Shown one piece after another: positions 1 to 10,145 of a stretch of DNA of 64,000 nt (the stretch's first letter is position 1; every line of letters begins with the position of its first letter). Both the position numbers and the translations under genes were made by a program. The DNA is taken from NCBI GenBank assembly GCA_050949565.1, contig JBMNFY010000006.1, positions 32,001-96,000 on the forward strand, written 5' to 3'. This DNA comes from Kiritimatiellia bacterium (GTDB lineage Bacteria; Verrucomicrobiota; Kiritimatiellia; RFP12; UBA1067). The notes beneath the pieces are model-generated. The model had not been told where the DNA came from. It saw nothing but the letters and a program-made list of their open reading frames with translations, and did no database searches.

Positions 1-2
1 TT

Positions 3-1247
3 GGCTTCCGCGCTGAACCGTTGGAAAAAGTCCGCGTCGGTGTCATTGGTGTTGGACACCGCGGACCGGGCGCGGTCGGTCGGCTTTCGCGCATTCCCGG
101 GGTCGAGGTCCGGGCGATCAGCGATCTGTTTGAAGACAGGGTGGCGAAGCAGATCAAGTCCTTGACCGATAAGGGTCTGCCTGCGCCGGAGGCTTACTTC
201 GGCTCGCAGGACAGGTGGCGCGATTTGTGCGAATCCAACGAGATCGATTTGGTCTACATCTGCACGCCTTGGCTGTGGCATACGCCGATGGCGGTTTATG
301 CGATGCAGTGCGGCAAACATGCGGCGGTCGAGGTGCCGGCCGCTATGACGCTGGAGCAGTGCTGGCTGCTGGTCAACACCTCAGAAGAGACACGCCGCCA
401 CTGCATGATGCTGGAAAACTGTTGCTACGGCTACAACGAGATGCTGGCCCTGAATCTCTGCCGGAAGGGAGTGTTGGGCGATCTGGTGCATGGCGAAGCC
501 GCCTACATCCACGACCTGCGCATGAGCAAGTTGCGTGAGAATAACGAGAACGGCTACCAGGGTCAGTGGCGGCTTGAGTGGTCCAAGCAACACACCGGCA
601 ACCCATATCCGACGCACGGTCTCGGTCCGGTCTGCCAGTACATGGACATCAACCGCGGCGATCGCTTTGAGTACCTCACCTCGGTCAGCAGCAACCAGTT
701 CGGCATCAGTCAGGCGGCTGCGGAGAAGTACGGCAAGGACAGTCCACAGGCTAAGATGCGCTATCGGCTGGGCGATATGAATAGCACGTTGATCCGCACC
801 TACCGCGGGCGCACCATTCTGGTGCAGCACGACACCACCAGTCCGCGCCCCTACAGCCGCATCAATCTGATCTCCGGCACGCGCGGCATTCTGGCGGACT
901 ATCCATTGCGCGTGGCGCTCGCACCCAACACGCATAACTGGATGAAAGATAGCGAATTGGAAGAGCTGAAGGCCAAGTACGTGCATCCGCTCTGGGATAA
1001 GAAAGGCGAGGCGGCCAAGAAGGCGGGCGGCCACGGCGGCATGGACTTCCTGATGGACCTGCGTCTTTGCCACTGCCTGCAGAACGGGCTGCCGCTTGAT
1101 ATCGACGTGTATGACACGGCGTTATGGAGTTCGTTGGTCGAGTTGACCGAGCAGTCGGTCGAGCGCGGCGGCAAGCCGGTGGACGTGCCTGACTTCACGC
1201 GCGGTGCCTGGAAGGTCGCCGAGCCGCTTGGCATTGTTACAGTGTGA
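3..1247 (+). CDS. Gfo/Idh/MocA family oxidoreductase, GH109 (alpha-N-acetylgalactosaminidase-like); 5' end lies outside the window
   Basis: Rossmann GVIGVGHRG plus GH109-type motifs ENCCY, YPTHGLGP and GGHGGMD; frame is open from the window start. Confidence 0.88.
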   Translation, partial: GFRAEPLEKVRVGVIGVGHRGPGAVGRLSRIPGVEVRAISDLFEDRVAKQIKSLTDKGLPAPEAYFGSQDRWRDLCESNEIDLVYICTPWLWHTPMAVYAMQCGKHAAVEVPAAMTLEQCWLLVNTSEETRRHCMMLENCCYGYNEMLALNLCRKGVLGDLVHGEAAYIHDLRMSKLRENNENGYQGQWRLEWSKQHTGNPYPTHGLGPVCQYMDINRGDRFEYLTSVSSNQFGISQAAAEKYGKDSPQAKMRYRLGDMNSTLIRTYRGRTILVQHDTTSPRPYSRINLISGTRGILADYPLRVALAPNTHNWMKDSELEELKAKYVHPLWDKKGEAAKKAGGHGGMDFLMDLRLCHCLQNGLPLDIDVYDTALWSSLVELTEQSVERGGKPVDVPDFTRGAWKVAEPLGIVTV

Positions 1248-1261
1248 AGGTGGGGGACTGC

Positions 1262-2617
1262 ATGAATCGCAGATCATTCCTCATGGCAGCGGGAGCTGCG
1301 TCGGTGGCGGGGAATTTCACACGGCGGGCAAAGGCGCAGACGCCTCCGCCCAGTGCCAAGCTCTGCCACGCCTGCATTGGCGTGGGCGGCATGATGGGCG
1401 GGGTCGATCTGAGTAACTTCATCTCGCATCCCCGCCTTCAGATCGTCGCGCTGTGCGACGTGGACAAGAACAACTTGGCCGTAGCCGCCGAGAAGGTCCC
1501 GGGTGCGCGGACCTACACGGACTGGCGCGAGTTGCTGGCGAAGGAGGGCGACGCGATCGACTCCGTCAGCGTCTCGACCCCGGACCACATGCACGCGCCG
1601 ATCACCGTGTCGGCGCTTCGGGCGCGCAAGCACGTCTACTGCCAGAAGCCGCTCTGCCATGACGTCGCAGAGGCCATCACCATGATGCGTGAGGCCGAGA
1701 AGTCGGGATGTGTGACCCAACTCGGTACGCAGTACGCCTCCATGGTCGGCGACCGCATGGCCGTGCAGTACCTGCGGGAAGGCGCTCTGGGCGAGGTCAA
1801 GCGTATCATCCTCTTTCAGACCAGCGCGCCCGACCACACTGCACCGCGTCCGGCTCAGGGCTCGCCGGTGCCGCCCCATCTGATGTGGGATCTCTGGCTG
1901 GGCACCGCGCCGACGCGCGATTACGCCCCCCATATCTATCACCCGTGTATGTGGCGCGTCTGGCAGGATTTCGGCACGGGGCGGATGGGGGATAACCAGA
2001 GCCATCTGCTCGATTCGTCTTGGAAAGGGGTGGGGCTGACCGCGCCGTTGACCGTGAAGGCCGAGGTGGATGAGCGCTGGAAAAACGATGCTGCGCTACG
2101 TGCGGATACTTGGCCGCAGAGCAGACACGTAACCTGGACATTCCCCGGCAACAAAAAAACGGGCGGCAAGCCGATCACGGTGGAATGGTTCGACGGCGGG
2201 GGGAAACTGCCCGACGAGTGCTACACATACGCGAAAGAGATCGGACGGGACGCGCCCCCTGAATTTGGCTCGCTGGTGATCGGCTCGGAGGGGGCCATGT
2301 TCATGGAGCACGGCACCGCGCCGCGCCTGATTTCGGACGGGCGCTTGGACAACTATCCTAGACCGAAGCTGCCGGATCATCCCAGCCACTACCATCACTA
2401 TGTGGACGCCTGCCTCGGTGAGGTGAAGACCGAATCGCACTTCATGCAGTCGGGTCCGATGAGTCTGGCGATCCTGTTGGGTAATTGTGCGGTGCGGCTT
2501 CCTGGCACGGAGTTACAGTGGGACGCCGCCAACATGAAGGTTACCAATGTCCCGGAGGCCAACAAACTGGTCAGGCGGACCTACCGCGAGGGCTGGAACA
2601 TCCCTGGACTGGGATGA
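1262..2617 (+). CDS. Tat-exported Gfo/Idh/MocA family oxidoreductase
   Basis: MNRRSFL twin-arginine signal (ATG at 1262); IGVGGM, STPDHMH, YCQKP and WDLWLG motifs. Confidence 0.88.
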   Translation: MNRRSFLMAAGAASVAGNFTRRAKAQTPPPSAKLCHACIGVGGMMGGVDLSNFISHPRLQIVALCDVDKNNLAVAAEKVPGARTYTDWRELLAKEGDAIDSVSVSTPDHMHAPITVSALRARKHVYCQKPLCHDVAEAITMMREAEKSGCVTQLGTQYASMVGDRMAVQYLREGALGEVKRIILFQTSAPDHTAPRPAQGSPVPPHLMWDLWLGTAPTRDYAPHIYHPCMWRVWQDFGTGRMGDNQSHLLDSSWKGVGLTAPLTVKAEVDERWKNDAALRADTWPQSRHVTWTFPGNKKTGGKPITVEWFDGGGKLPDECYTYAKEIGRDAPPEFGSLVIGSEGAMFMEHGTAPRLISDGRLDNYPRPKLPDHPSHYHHYVDACLGEVKTESHFMQSGPMSLAILLGNCAVRLPGTELQWDAANMKVTNVPEANKLVRRTYREGWNIPGLG

Positions 2618-2632
2618 GCGAGCACCGAGGGG

Positions 2633-2661
2633 TTGACAAAATGGGGGCGGGTGTTGAGAAT
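2633..2661 (+). promoter_or_regulatory. putative sigma70-type promoter for the hexokinase gene
   Basis: TTGACA-17 bp-GAGAAT upstream of GGAGGAG RBS and ATG at 2695. Confidence 0.35.
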
Positions 2662-2694
2662 GTGACACCATCAATCACTGACGGAGGAGAGGGT

Positions 2695-3987
2695 ATGCGA
2701 GATCGGGAAGAGTTGTTTTTGAAAGAGAACGGGCTGGACGTTGACGGGATTGACCGCGCAAAGCTTCTGGCCGCATTTGCCGAAGAAATGGATGCCGGTC
2801 TGGCCGGCAAGCCGTCGTCGTTGATGATGATTCCGTCGTTCATCTCCATCGACCGGCCGGTGAAGACGGGAACCCCCGTGGTGGTGCTGGATGCGGGAGG
2901 CACCAATCTGCGCGCTGCGGTGGTTACCATTGACGACGCAGGACAGGCGCAGATCGGATCGTTCTCAAAAGGCGCGATGCCGGGTACGCAGGGGGAGATC
3001 AGTGCAGAAGCTTTCTTTGATGCCTTTGCGGATTTTCTGATGCCGGTTATTACCGAGTCGGAGTCGATCGGTTTTTGTTTTTCCTATCCGGCAGAGATCA
3101 CGCCGACCTGTGACGCGCGCCTGCTCCACTGGAGTAAGCAGATTGAGGTGCCCGAAGTGGTGGGGCAGATGATCGGTGCCGGTCTGTTGCGGCATCTGGC
3201 GCAGCGCGGATATGAGCGCCGCGTGGTGATTCTGAATGACACGGTGGCGACCCTGTTGGCGGGCAAGAGCGCAGGTATTGCCAAACCCTACTCGGCTTAC
3301 GTGGGTTTTATTCTCGGTACCGGCACCAACACGGCTTACGTGGAACGGAATGACCGTATCACCAAGCGCACGGACCTGGACCCTGCGGGATCTATGGTGA
3401 TCAATATCGAGTCGGGCAACTTCGGCCGCGTGCAGCAATCGGCCTTTGACAAGGCTCTGGGCGCACAGACGATTGACCCCGAGTATTACATCTTCGAAAA
3501 GATGATATCGGGTGCCTATCTGGGGTGGCTCGGCTTTATCGTGCTACGCGAAGCGGCGCAGGCCGGTCTGTTCTCGGCTGCCGCCGCAGATGAGTTGGAG
3601 CGGTGGGAGACACTGTCTAACAAACATCTCGATGACTTTTGCGGCGGCCGTCCTTTGGCGGACAACCCGTTTCTCGCGCCAGCCTTCAGCGAGGCGGACC
3701 GCGAGTCGGTGCGTCGTCTCTGCACGCCCGTGTATGCGCGCGCGGCGGTGCTGACTGCGGTGAACTTGGCCTCGGCAATCCTCAAGACCGGTGAGGGGCG
3801 CGATCCGGCGCGCCCGGTGTGCGTGAACGTGGACGGTTCCACCTATTACCGCACGTTGACGGCGGACTTCCAGCAGCGTGTTCAGCGCGAACTGGCCGCC
3901 TTGCTCACGCCGCGCGGTATCGCTTACGAACTGATCCGTGTGGACGACTCGCCGGTGATTGGTGCGGCGGTCGCCGGTCTTATGTGA
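2695..3987 (+). CDS. hexokinase (Hexokinase_1/2 family)
   Basis: LDAGGTNLR, GFCFSYP, WSK, LNDTVATL, ILGTGTN, NIESG, FEKMISGAYLG and DGS motifs; RBS GGAGGAG before ATG 2695. Confidence 0.9.
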   Translation: MRDREELFLKENGLDVDGIDRAKLLAAFAEEMDAGLAGKPSSLMMIPSFISIDRPVKTGTPVVVLDAGGTNLRAAVVTIDDAGQAQIGSFSKGAMPGTQGEISAEAFFDAFADFLMPVITESESIGFCFSYPAEITPTCDARLLHWSKQIEVPEVVGQMIGAGLLRHLAQRGYERRVVILNDTVATLLAGKSAGIAKPYSAYVGFILGTGTNTAYVERNDRITKRTDLDPAGSMVINIESGNFGRVQQSAFDKALGAQTIDPEYYIFEKMISGAYLGWLGFIVLREAAQAGLFSAAAADELERWETLSNKHLDDFCGGRPLADNPFLAPAFSEADRESVRRLCTPVYARAAVLTAVNLASAILKTGEGRDPARPVCVNVDGSTYYRTLTADFQQRVQRELAALLTPRGIAYELIRVDDSPVIGAAVAGLM

Positions 3988-3994
3988 CTCTCGC

Positions 3995-6900
3995 TTAGTT
4001 GAGGAGCAACACGGTACCGCCGTTACCGCGCCGCACGATCAGCAGGCCCGTGCCGGAGAAGCGGGTGGCGTCTGTACGCTGTGCGCCACTGCCCGGTGCG
4101 CCGTATGTGCCGCCGGGCCGCTGTTTGTCCCCGAACCAGAGGGTGTCGACCGTAACGTTCACGTTGTTCGGGAGGTCGATCACGCCCGTGCCGTCCGCCG
4201 CGAAGGTGACGGCCGCGTCGCTGCAGAGGGCGGTGTTGTTGGAGAGCGAGAGCGTGCCACCCGCCACGATGACCTGAACGGCATCGGGCCCGAAGCTGCC
4301 GGTCGCGGTGACGGCGAGCACGCCGTTGCTGACGATCACGGCGCCGGAAAGGGCGTTGGTCTGACCGAGGGCGAACGTGCCGCTGCCGTCCTTGATGAAG
4401 GTGAGCGGTCCGCTCATGATGCTGCCGACGCGCGTGTAGCTGCTGGCGATGTCGCCGTTCACGATCAGTGTGGAGGGTACGGCGCAGAGGATCCGCTGGT
4501 AACCCTCGTTCGGTGTGCCGTTGAAGCCGTCCCAGTGCAGGTCGATGATACGTTTGAGCGCGAGCGTATGGCCGTTGAGATCCAACGTGGCCTTGTTGCC
4601 GGTGTTTTCGTATCCTTTGCCGATGTTCATCGGGGGCGGCGTCGCGAAAGCCGCGTCGGTCTCAAGCCGGATGTTGCCCTCAAGGAAACCGACACCGGCC
4701 ACTGTGTTGTCCGATGAGCGGATGACCAACGTCCCTTTGTCGTCGCGATTGAAATTTGCCGTGGGCATCGCGAAACGGCTATTCAAAATGGTGATCCCTC
4801 CATCGCGGAAAGAGGTAGTCACCGTGCCGGCGTTGGTGATGACGGTGCGTCCGAGCGAGCCGAGTGTGAAGGTGCTGCCGCCAGCACTGCCGATCTGCAA
4901 CTGGCCGTCCGAGGCGATCAGGATATCACCGTCCCAGCAGGCAGTGCTGCCGCTGGTCGTCCACAGGCCCGCGCGCCGTCCGCTACCGCCAGTGACGGTC
5001 AGGAGTTCGTCGGTTATGGTGACGCCGTCGGCGATCTTCAAGTGGTTGTAGCCGCCCGCCGTCCCGCCGCGCAGCACGGTGCCACCTACCGTCGAGCCGA
5101 GCGCGCGGTCACTGTAAAGCGTGAAGGTCTTGGTCTGTTCTGCATAGCCGAACGTCGCGGTACCGTCAAACGTGTTGGTGCCGCGCAGGTCGGCCGAACT
5201 GCCGAGCGTAATGTCGCCGGGGCCCTCGATGATCGCCGTTGCCGATTGGGAGAAGGTGCCCGCACCGGGGCGTACGGTGATCTCTGTGCCGATGGCGAGC
5301 GTGCCTTCCAGTGTCAGTGCGCCGCCGCCTTCATACGTGCTGCCGACGATCTGCCCGACGGTCAGCGTGTTGTACTGATGCCGCCCCTTGAGCGTCAGTG
5401 CGGCGGCGCCGAGTTTGACCACATCGTGCGCGGCGAGTGTGTGGACATCGGCGTCCAGCGTGTAGGCGTTGTTGGTCGCGGCCAGCGTCACGTCGTGCGG
5501 TGCCACATCCGTCGCGAGCAACACCGGTACGGAGGCGACACCACTGTCGTCGAACAGCACATCGGTGCCGTCACTGAAAAGTGCGTCCGCAGGCAGCCAG
5601 TTGCCGGACGTGAAGTCCCAGGTATTGGCGGCGGCGTTGCCCTGCCAAGTCATGCGCGGCACGGTGCCCGAACCGGTCACTTCCAGCGTTACGGCGGTTG
5701 CACCGATCGTCAAGGTGGCGTTGGGGTAGGCGACCGTCAGGGCGAGGGTGCCGTCGCCGCTGTAGGAGGGATAGGTGATGAGCGGGTAGCTGCCGGGGGG
5801 CAGTCCGCTCTCGGGCAGGGTGAGGGTCAGGGTACCCGCGCCGAGAAGCGCAAGCGGTCCGCCCAGCGCGAGACAGTCGGAAACACCATCGGCCGGGGCG
5901 CGCAGGTCGAAGCTCATTGTGACCGAGTCAAGCGTCACGCCTGCCGCATGCGCGAGCGTGAGGGTGCCGTACCCGTTGCCGGCGAGCGTCAGCCCGACAC
6001 CGGATGCTAAAGAGACAGCGCTGTAGACGGTGCCGGTGCCGCCGAGGGCCGCGCCGGTAGAGACGGAAAGCGTAGGGCTCGCGTTCGTGGGGCTGTTGAT
6101 CAGTAGCGTGCCGGCGCTCACGGTGGTGGACCCAGTGAAGGTGTTGGTGGCCGTCAAGATCAGCGTGCCGAAGTCGGTCTTCTTGAACGGTCCCTCGCCG
6201 CCGATCAGGCAGTCGATGGTCACGGTGGCGTCTCTGGCAATTTCAAAGCAGCCGCCGGGATAGATGTGCGATTTTGGGTTGTTCTCGTTGTTGAGCCAGA
6301 TGCCGCGGTTGGGATCGTCGAGCGTCAGGGTGTTCTGGGCGCGCAGGACCGAGCCGTTCAGCGTCAGTTGTTGGGGATTCCACGTCGGCGGGTTGCCGCC
6401 TAGATTGTTTTCGTCATAGATCGAGAACTTGCCGGTTCCGATCATCGTGATGGGGCCGGTGAAGGCGGTGTTGTCAGCCTGCAACAAAATCTCTTTCATA
6501 TCACCTGTGGGGCGCGGGATGAAAAGTTTTAGTGCGCCACTGCCCGTGAGCGGGGCGAAAATTTGGAGAATACGGCGGTCTTCCTCATGGCCAGTACCAA
6601 AGGTCGCTGTCGCGTCCTCCGGGATGGTGATGGCACCGTAGACTTTTGCGGTGGTGTGGCCCGTACCATTGTTGATTGCTCCACGCAGGATCATGGCGGG
6701 AACCGTGATCGAACCATTGTTGGGACCTTTGCAGAGGATGTTGCCGGTGACGGTCAACAGGTCACCCGCGAAGGTATGGCTGCTGCCCGAGGGCGGCGTG
6801 CGCAACTGGTGGTTGGCCACATAGGTGTGACCGGCTTTGGGCGCTTGCCCGTCATCCCACTGTCCGCCGGTATTAAACGACGAGGTGTTCATCGGGTCAC

Positions 6901-6997
6901 TGGTCTTCATGGTGTGTTCGGTCGACTGGGCCAAACTCACGCAGGGGAGAGCGGCTATGATGACAAGCATGTGAAGCAATGGGCGGATCGTTCTCAT
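3995..6997 (-). CDS. secreted beta-helix protein with autotransporter-associated beta-strand repeats, no C-terminal beta-barrel
   Basis: Sec signal (MRTIRP...VSLA); repeated KxGxGTLxL/NTFTGSTTVSAGTL motifs; ends ...RRGNGGTVLLLN; AGGAG RBS upstream of 6997. Confidence 0.8.
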   Translation of the reverse strand: MRTIRPLLHMLVIIAALPCVSLAQSTEHTMKTSDPMNTSSFNTGGQWDDGQAPKAGHTYVANHQLRTPPSGSSHTFAGDLLTVTGNILCKGPNNGSITVPAMILRGAINNGTGHTTAKVYGAITIPEDATATFGTGHEEDRRILQIFAPLTGSGALKLFIPRPTGDMKEILLQADNTAFTGPITMIGTGKFSIYDENNLGGNPPTWNPQQLTLNGSVLRAQNTLTLDDPNRGIWLNNENNPKSHIYPGGCFEIARDATVTIDCLIGGEGPFKKTDFGTLILTATNTFTGSTTVSAGTLLINSPTNASPTLSVSTGAALGGTGTVYSAVSLASGVGLTLAGNGYGTLTLAHAAGVTLDSVTMSFDLRAPADGVSDCLALGGPLALLGAGTLTLTLPESGLPPGSYPLITYPSYSGDGTLALTVAYPNATLTIGATAVTLEVTGSGTVPRMTWQGNAAANTWDFTSGNWLPADALFSDGTDVLFDDSGVASVPVLLATDVAPHDVTLAATNNAYTLDADVHTLAAHDVVKLGAAALTLKGRHQYNTLTVGQIVGSTYEGGGALTLEGTLAIGTEITVRPGAGTFSQSATAIIEGPGDITLGSSADLRGTNTFDGTATFGYAEQTKTFTLYSDRALGSTVGGTVLRGGTAGGYNHLKIADGVTITDELLTVTGGSGRRAGLWTTSGSTACWDGDILIASDGQLQIGSAGGSTFTLGSLGRTVITNAGTVTTSFRDGGITILNSRFAMPTANFNRDDKGTLVIRSSDNTVAGVGFLEGNIRLETDAAFATPPPMNIGKGYENTGNKATLDLNGHTLALKRIIDLHWDGFNGTPNEGYQRILCAVPSTLIVNGDIASSYTRVGSIMSGPLTFIKDGSGTFALGQTNALSGAVIVSNGVLAVTATGSFGPDAVQVIVAGGTLSLSNNTALCSDAAVTFAADGTGVIDLPNNVNVTVDTLWFGDKQRPGGTYGAPGSGAQRTDATRFSGTGLLIVRRGNGGTVLLLN

Positions 6998-7071
6998 GGC
7001 AGTTGCTCCTTTTCTGTTTCTGTTTCGTATCGTATGACGGCGAAAAATAATGAGGTCTTGCAAAACCCTTC

Positions 7072-7154
7072 GTGGCATGGGCGTCCCGCCCATGAAACAC
7101 GGGCAAGATGCCCGTGCCACACCCATGAAACACGGGCAAGATGCCCGTGCCACA
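7072..7154. repeat. REP doublet (REPIN-like) with a 33 bp tandem duplication
   Basis: GTGG-CATGGGCG-TCC-CGCCCATG-AAA-CACGGGCA-AGA-TGCCCGTG-CCAC followed by a repeat of CCCATGAAACACGGGCAAGATGCCCGTGCCACA; the same palindrome occurs in the 22.1-23.3 kb array. Confidence 0.85.
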
Positions 7155-7360
7155 CCTACACCTGCAAGCAAAGGGTCTGGCAGGAGCCTCTAATGCCATG
7201 CCAGTAGTAATACCTTACGCCGCGCGCGATTGTCCAGCCGGGAAACGGCGGGTAGCAATCGATTTCACGTTATTGCGGCGAACCGGATTTTTTGCGATAC
7301 TGTGTCTGATTTCACGTTCCGGAGGGGAACGGTCACGGACTACAAAAAGAGGAAGATATC

Positions 7361-8212
7361 ATGATGCAGTTTTCTCGCCGCGATTTCATCAAGGCCGGTG
7401 CCGCTAGTCTGGCGCTCACCGCGCCGGTGTTGTCTCAAGCCGCCGCATCGGCCGGTAAAAAGGCTAAGATACGGACCGGTGTGCAGCTCTATTCTGTACG
7501 CAAGCTGTGTGAAAAGGATCTGATCGGCACACTTAGGGCGATCAAGGAGATGGGCTACGCGGGCGTCGAGTTCGCGGGCTACTACGGCAAGAGCGCCAAA
7601 GAGTTGAAGCAGATCCTGTCTGACCTCGGTCTGGTCGCCTGCGGTACCCACACGGGGCTCGACTCGATCAAGCCGAACAATATCGCCAAGACCATCGAGT
7701 TCAATCAGGAGATCGGTAACAAGTACTTGATCGTGCCGGGCATGAACGCCAAGGACGCTCAAGGCTGGATCGATTTCGCGAAGATCTTCTCGGAGGCCGC
7801 AGTGACCGCCAAAGCGGCTGGCATGTTTGTCGGCTATCACAACCACCAGCACGAGTTCAAAGACAAGTTTGACGGCCGCTGCAAGTGGGACATCTTTTTC
7901 AGTCATGCATCGCCGGATGTCTGCCAGCAACTGGACGTCGGCCATGTGGTCTCGGCCGGTGAAGATCCGGTTTACTGGCTCAAGAAGTTTCCGAACCGTT
8001 CACGCACGCTGCACGCGAAGGAGATCTACCCCGGTCCCGGTATTCTGGGCCAGGTGCCGGAAGGCAAGCAGGGCGTGAAGTGGGACGAGGTCTTCGCGGC
8101 CGCCGAGGCGGATGTGACCGAGTGGTACATTGTGGAAAGCGAGGCGGACCCGAATACGCTCAACAACATTCGCGGCTGCATCGAGTTTCTCAAGGCCAAG
8201 GGCCGCGCCTAA
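7361..8212 (+). CDS. Tat-exported sugar phosphate isomerase/epimerase (xylose isomerase-like TIM barrel)
   Basis: SRRDFIK Tat motif; GVQLYSVR, GYHNH, QLDVGH, LHAKE and IVESE motifs. Confidence 0.88.
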   Translation: MMQFSRRDFIKAGAASLALTAPVLSQAAASAGKKAKIRTGVQLYSVRKLCEKDLIGTLRAIKEMGYAGVEFAGYYGKSAKELKQILSDLGLVACGTHTGLDSIKPNNIAKTIEFNQEIGNKYLIVPGMNAKDAQGWIDFAKIFSEAAVTAKAAGMFVGYHNHQHEFKDKFDGRCKWDIFFSHASPDVCQQLDVGHVVSAGEDPVYWLKKFPNRSRTLHAKEIYPGPGILGQVPEGKQGVKWDEVFAAAEADVTEWYIVESEADPNTLNNIRGCIEFLKAKGRA

Positions 8213-8224
8213 GGTGCAGTTGCC

Positions 8225-9013
8225 TTACGGCTGAAAGAGCGGCACCAATTCCGGTGCCGCCAGCACGCGCCCGAGCGCGGGCCGCAACGGTGTTAGATCC
8301 GCTGCGCGCACTGCGGCGGGCGCGTGGCTTTTGTAGGCCGCGCCCCACACGTCGTAGGCTGCCGCGCGTTCATCAGCCGACAGAAACTTCCAGATGCTTT
8401 CCAGCAACCTGAGATAGTCGTAGAGTGACTGCTGTTCGACGGAGAGTCCCGGCGCTGCTCCGTATTCAAAGTCTACGAAGAGCAGTGCGCCCGAGGTACG
8501 GTCGCGCAGGATGTTCGAAAGGCTCATGTCCATGTGCGTCAATCCGGCAGCGTGCAGGCGGGCAATAGCCGGTAGCGCCTCGACCGCGAGCGTCAGGTGC
8601 GACTTTCCATCGCGCTCGGCCTCCTGAACCAGCGGCTGGGCGTCGCAGTAACCGCTAATCATGCCACGCGCGCCGCGCCACAGCGGCGGCGGCGTGAGTC
8701 CGGACGGGGCGCCGCGCGTATACGCCTGCCATTCGCGCTCCAACTTTTCCGCGAACGGCAGCGACACGAACGGCAGGCCCGCCGCAACCGGTGCCGAGGG
8801 CGCGCATGCGGGGTCATCCATGCGTAGGTAGCCGACCGGACGTCCTGCGCGTAGGATCTGGCAGACCACATCGCGCCCGCGCCCGCCGGCCATGCGCCAT
8901 GTGACCGTTCCACCGAAGAGCCGTTCCGCCACCGGCCGGTAGTCGGCTTCCAGGCGCGCCTGCGCCGCACGCCATGCACGCCGCCGCCGCCACCATCTTT
9001 TCAGTGCCCGCAT
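8225..9013 (-). CDS. protein kinase-like phosphotransferase (APH/Kdo/RIO-like fold)
   Basis: LHAAGLTHMDMSLSNIL catalytic loop and FVDFE Mg-binding motif; AAGGAG RBS. Confidence 0.7.
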   Translation of the reverse strand: MRALKRWWRRRRAWRAAQARLEADYRPVAERLFGGTVTWRMAGGRGRDVVCQILRAGRPVGYLRMDDPACAPSAPVAAGLPFVSLPFAEKLEREWQAYTRGAPSGLTPPPLWRGARGMISGYCDAQPLVQEAERDGKSHLTLAVEALPAIARLHAAGLTHMDMSLSNILRDRTSGALLFVDFEYGAAPGLSVEQQSLYDYLRLLESIWKFLSADERAAAYDVWGAAYKSHAPAAVRAADLTPLRPALGRVLAAPELVPLFQP

Positions 9014-9024
9014 GATGCTCCTTG

Positions 9025-10101
9025 TTACGGTTGGTCGATCCGTGCCGACGTTTGCGGCGCGAGACAGGATGCGCCTTGCAGCAACGCGAGAACCGAAATC
9101 GCATGCCGCTGCAGGTAGGTGCGTTCCGTGAATGTGGCGATTGCTTCTATCACGCGTGTACGCCAGAGGCGTGTCGGTTCATCGCCCATGCGCGTGGCTG
9201 CCATCAACCACCACTCAGCACCGAACGAGGTGCGCGGTCCCGTTCTCACGGTGAAATCGCGGCAGACCGTCTCCCAGCATGCGATACGCGGTTCGATAAA
9301 AGCGAGGCCGTAGAGTTGCGCCAGCCCTTCCGGATAGTGCTCGTCGCTCGCTTTGGCATGCGACTCATTGGCGAACAGGGCATGACTGTAGCGCCGCCGT
9401 TCCGGCAACCAGAATGAGTCCAACGCACGTCCAAGGCGCTCCGCCCGCTCGCGTGCGTCACGTGCCTCTTCCGCCCGTCCGGACGCAACAAAGAGCCTTT
9501 CAGCGGCCAGCAGGCCGGCCCTGACCTCAATGTTGTCCATCAGATACTTCACGCGATAATCAGGCTTGGCCCAGGTCAGGCCATCCGTCGGGTCGGTCAC
9601 GCTCACGACACAGGCGAACGCGCGGCGGGCGACTTCGATATGCGCTACCGTGAGGGTGCCCCCGGCTTGACGGAAACGGTCAGCGACCAGCAGGCAAAGG
9701 GCGGCCGCGCTGTCCCAAGCATCGACCTTGTCGGTCTCGCGATAAGTGCTGAGCGTGCCCTCGAAGTCGTTCCAATAACCTGCGGCGTTCTGATGCGCGA
9801 CGCACCAGTTCAGCCAGCGCCCGGCGCGTGCAAGGTCGTCGGCCGGACCGCCCGCTTCGACGTTCGCCAGCAGGGCCAGCGCGGCGAGGTGGGAGAAGTA
9901 GGGCACGATCCAGACCGGTGCGTCGGGGCGGCCCTGCGGGCTGACCTGCGCGAATGCGCCGTCCGCAAGTTGGCAGGCGCGGATGTGTTGCAGGCAACGG
10001 TCAACCGCCGGGCGCGCCGCAGCATTCGACGCGCGGTCGTCGGCCTGCATCGCGCCGACGCCTGCGACGCAGAGTGCCAGACATAGAACGGCGGTTTTCA
10101 T
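9025..10101 (-). CDS. secreted hypothetical protein, probable alpha/alpha-barrel (glycosidase-like) fold
   Basis: Signal peptide MKTAVLCLALCVAGVGAMQA; helical pattern with WLNWC, DAWDS and YLMDNIEV motifs. Confidence 0.6.
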   Translation of the reverse strand: MKTAVLCLALCVAGVGAMQADDRASNAAARPAVDRCLQHIRACQLADGAFAQVSPQGRPDAPVWIVPYFSHLAALALLANVEAGGPADDLARAGRWLNWCVAHQNAAGYWNDFEGTLSTYRETDKVDAWDSAAALCLLVADRFRQAGGTLTVAHIEVARRAFACVVSVTDPTDGLTWAKPDYRVKYLMDNIEVRAGLLAAERLFVASGRAEEARDARERAERLGRALDSFWLPERRRYSHALFANESHAKASDEHYPEGLAQLYGLAFIEPRIACWETVCRDFTVRTGPRTSFGAEWWLMAATRMGDEPTRLWRTRVIEAIATFTERTYLQRHAISVLALLQGASCLAPQTSARIDQP

Positions 10102-10145
10102 GACATCAACCCTGAAGCTTTTTCGCTGCGCAGATCTGCGCAGTG

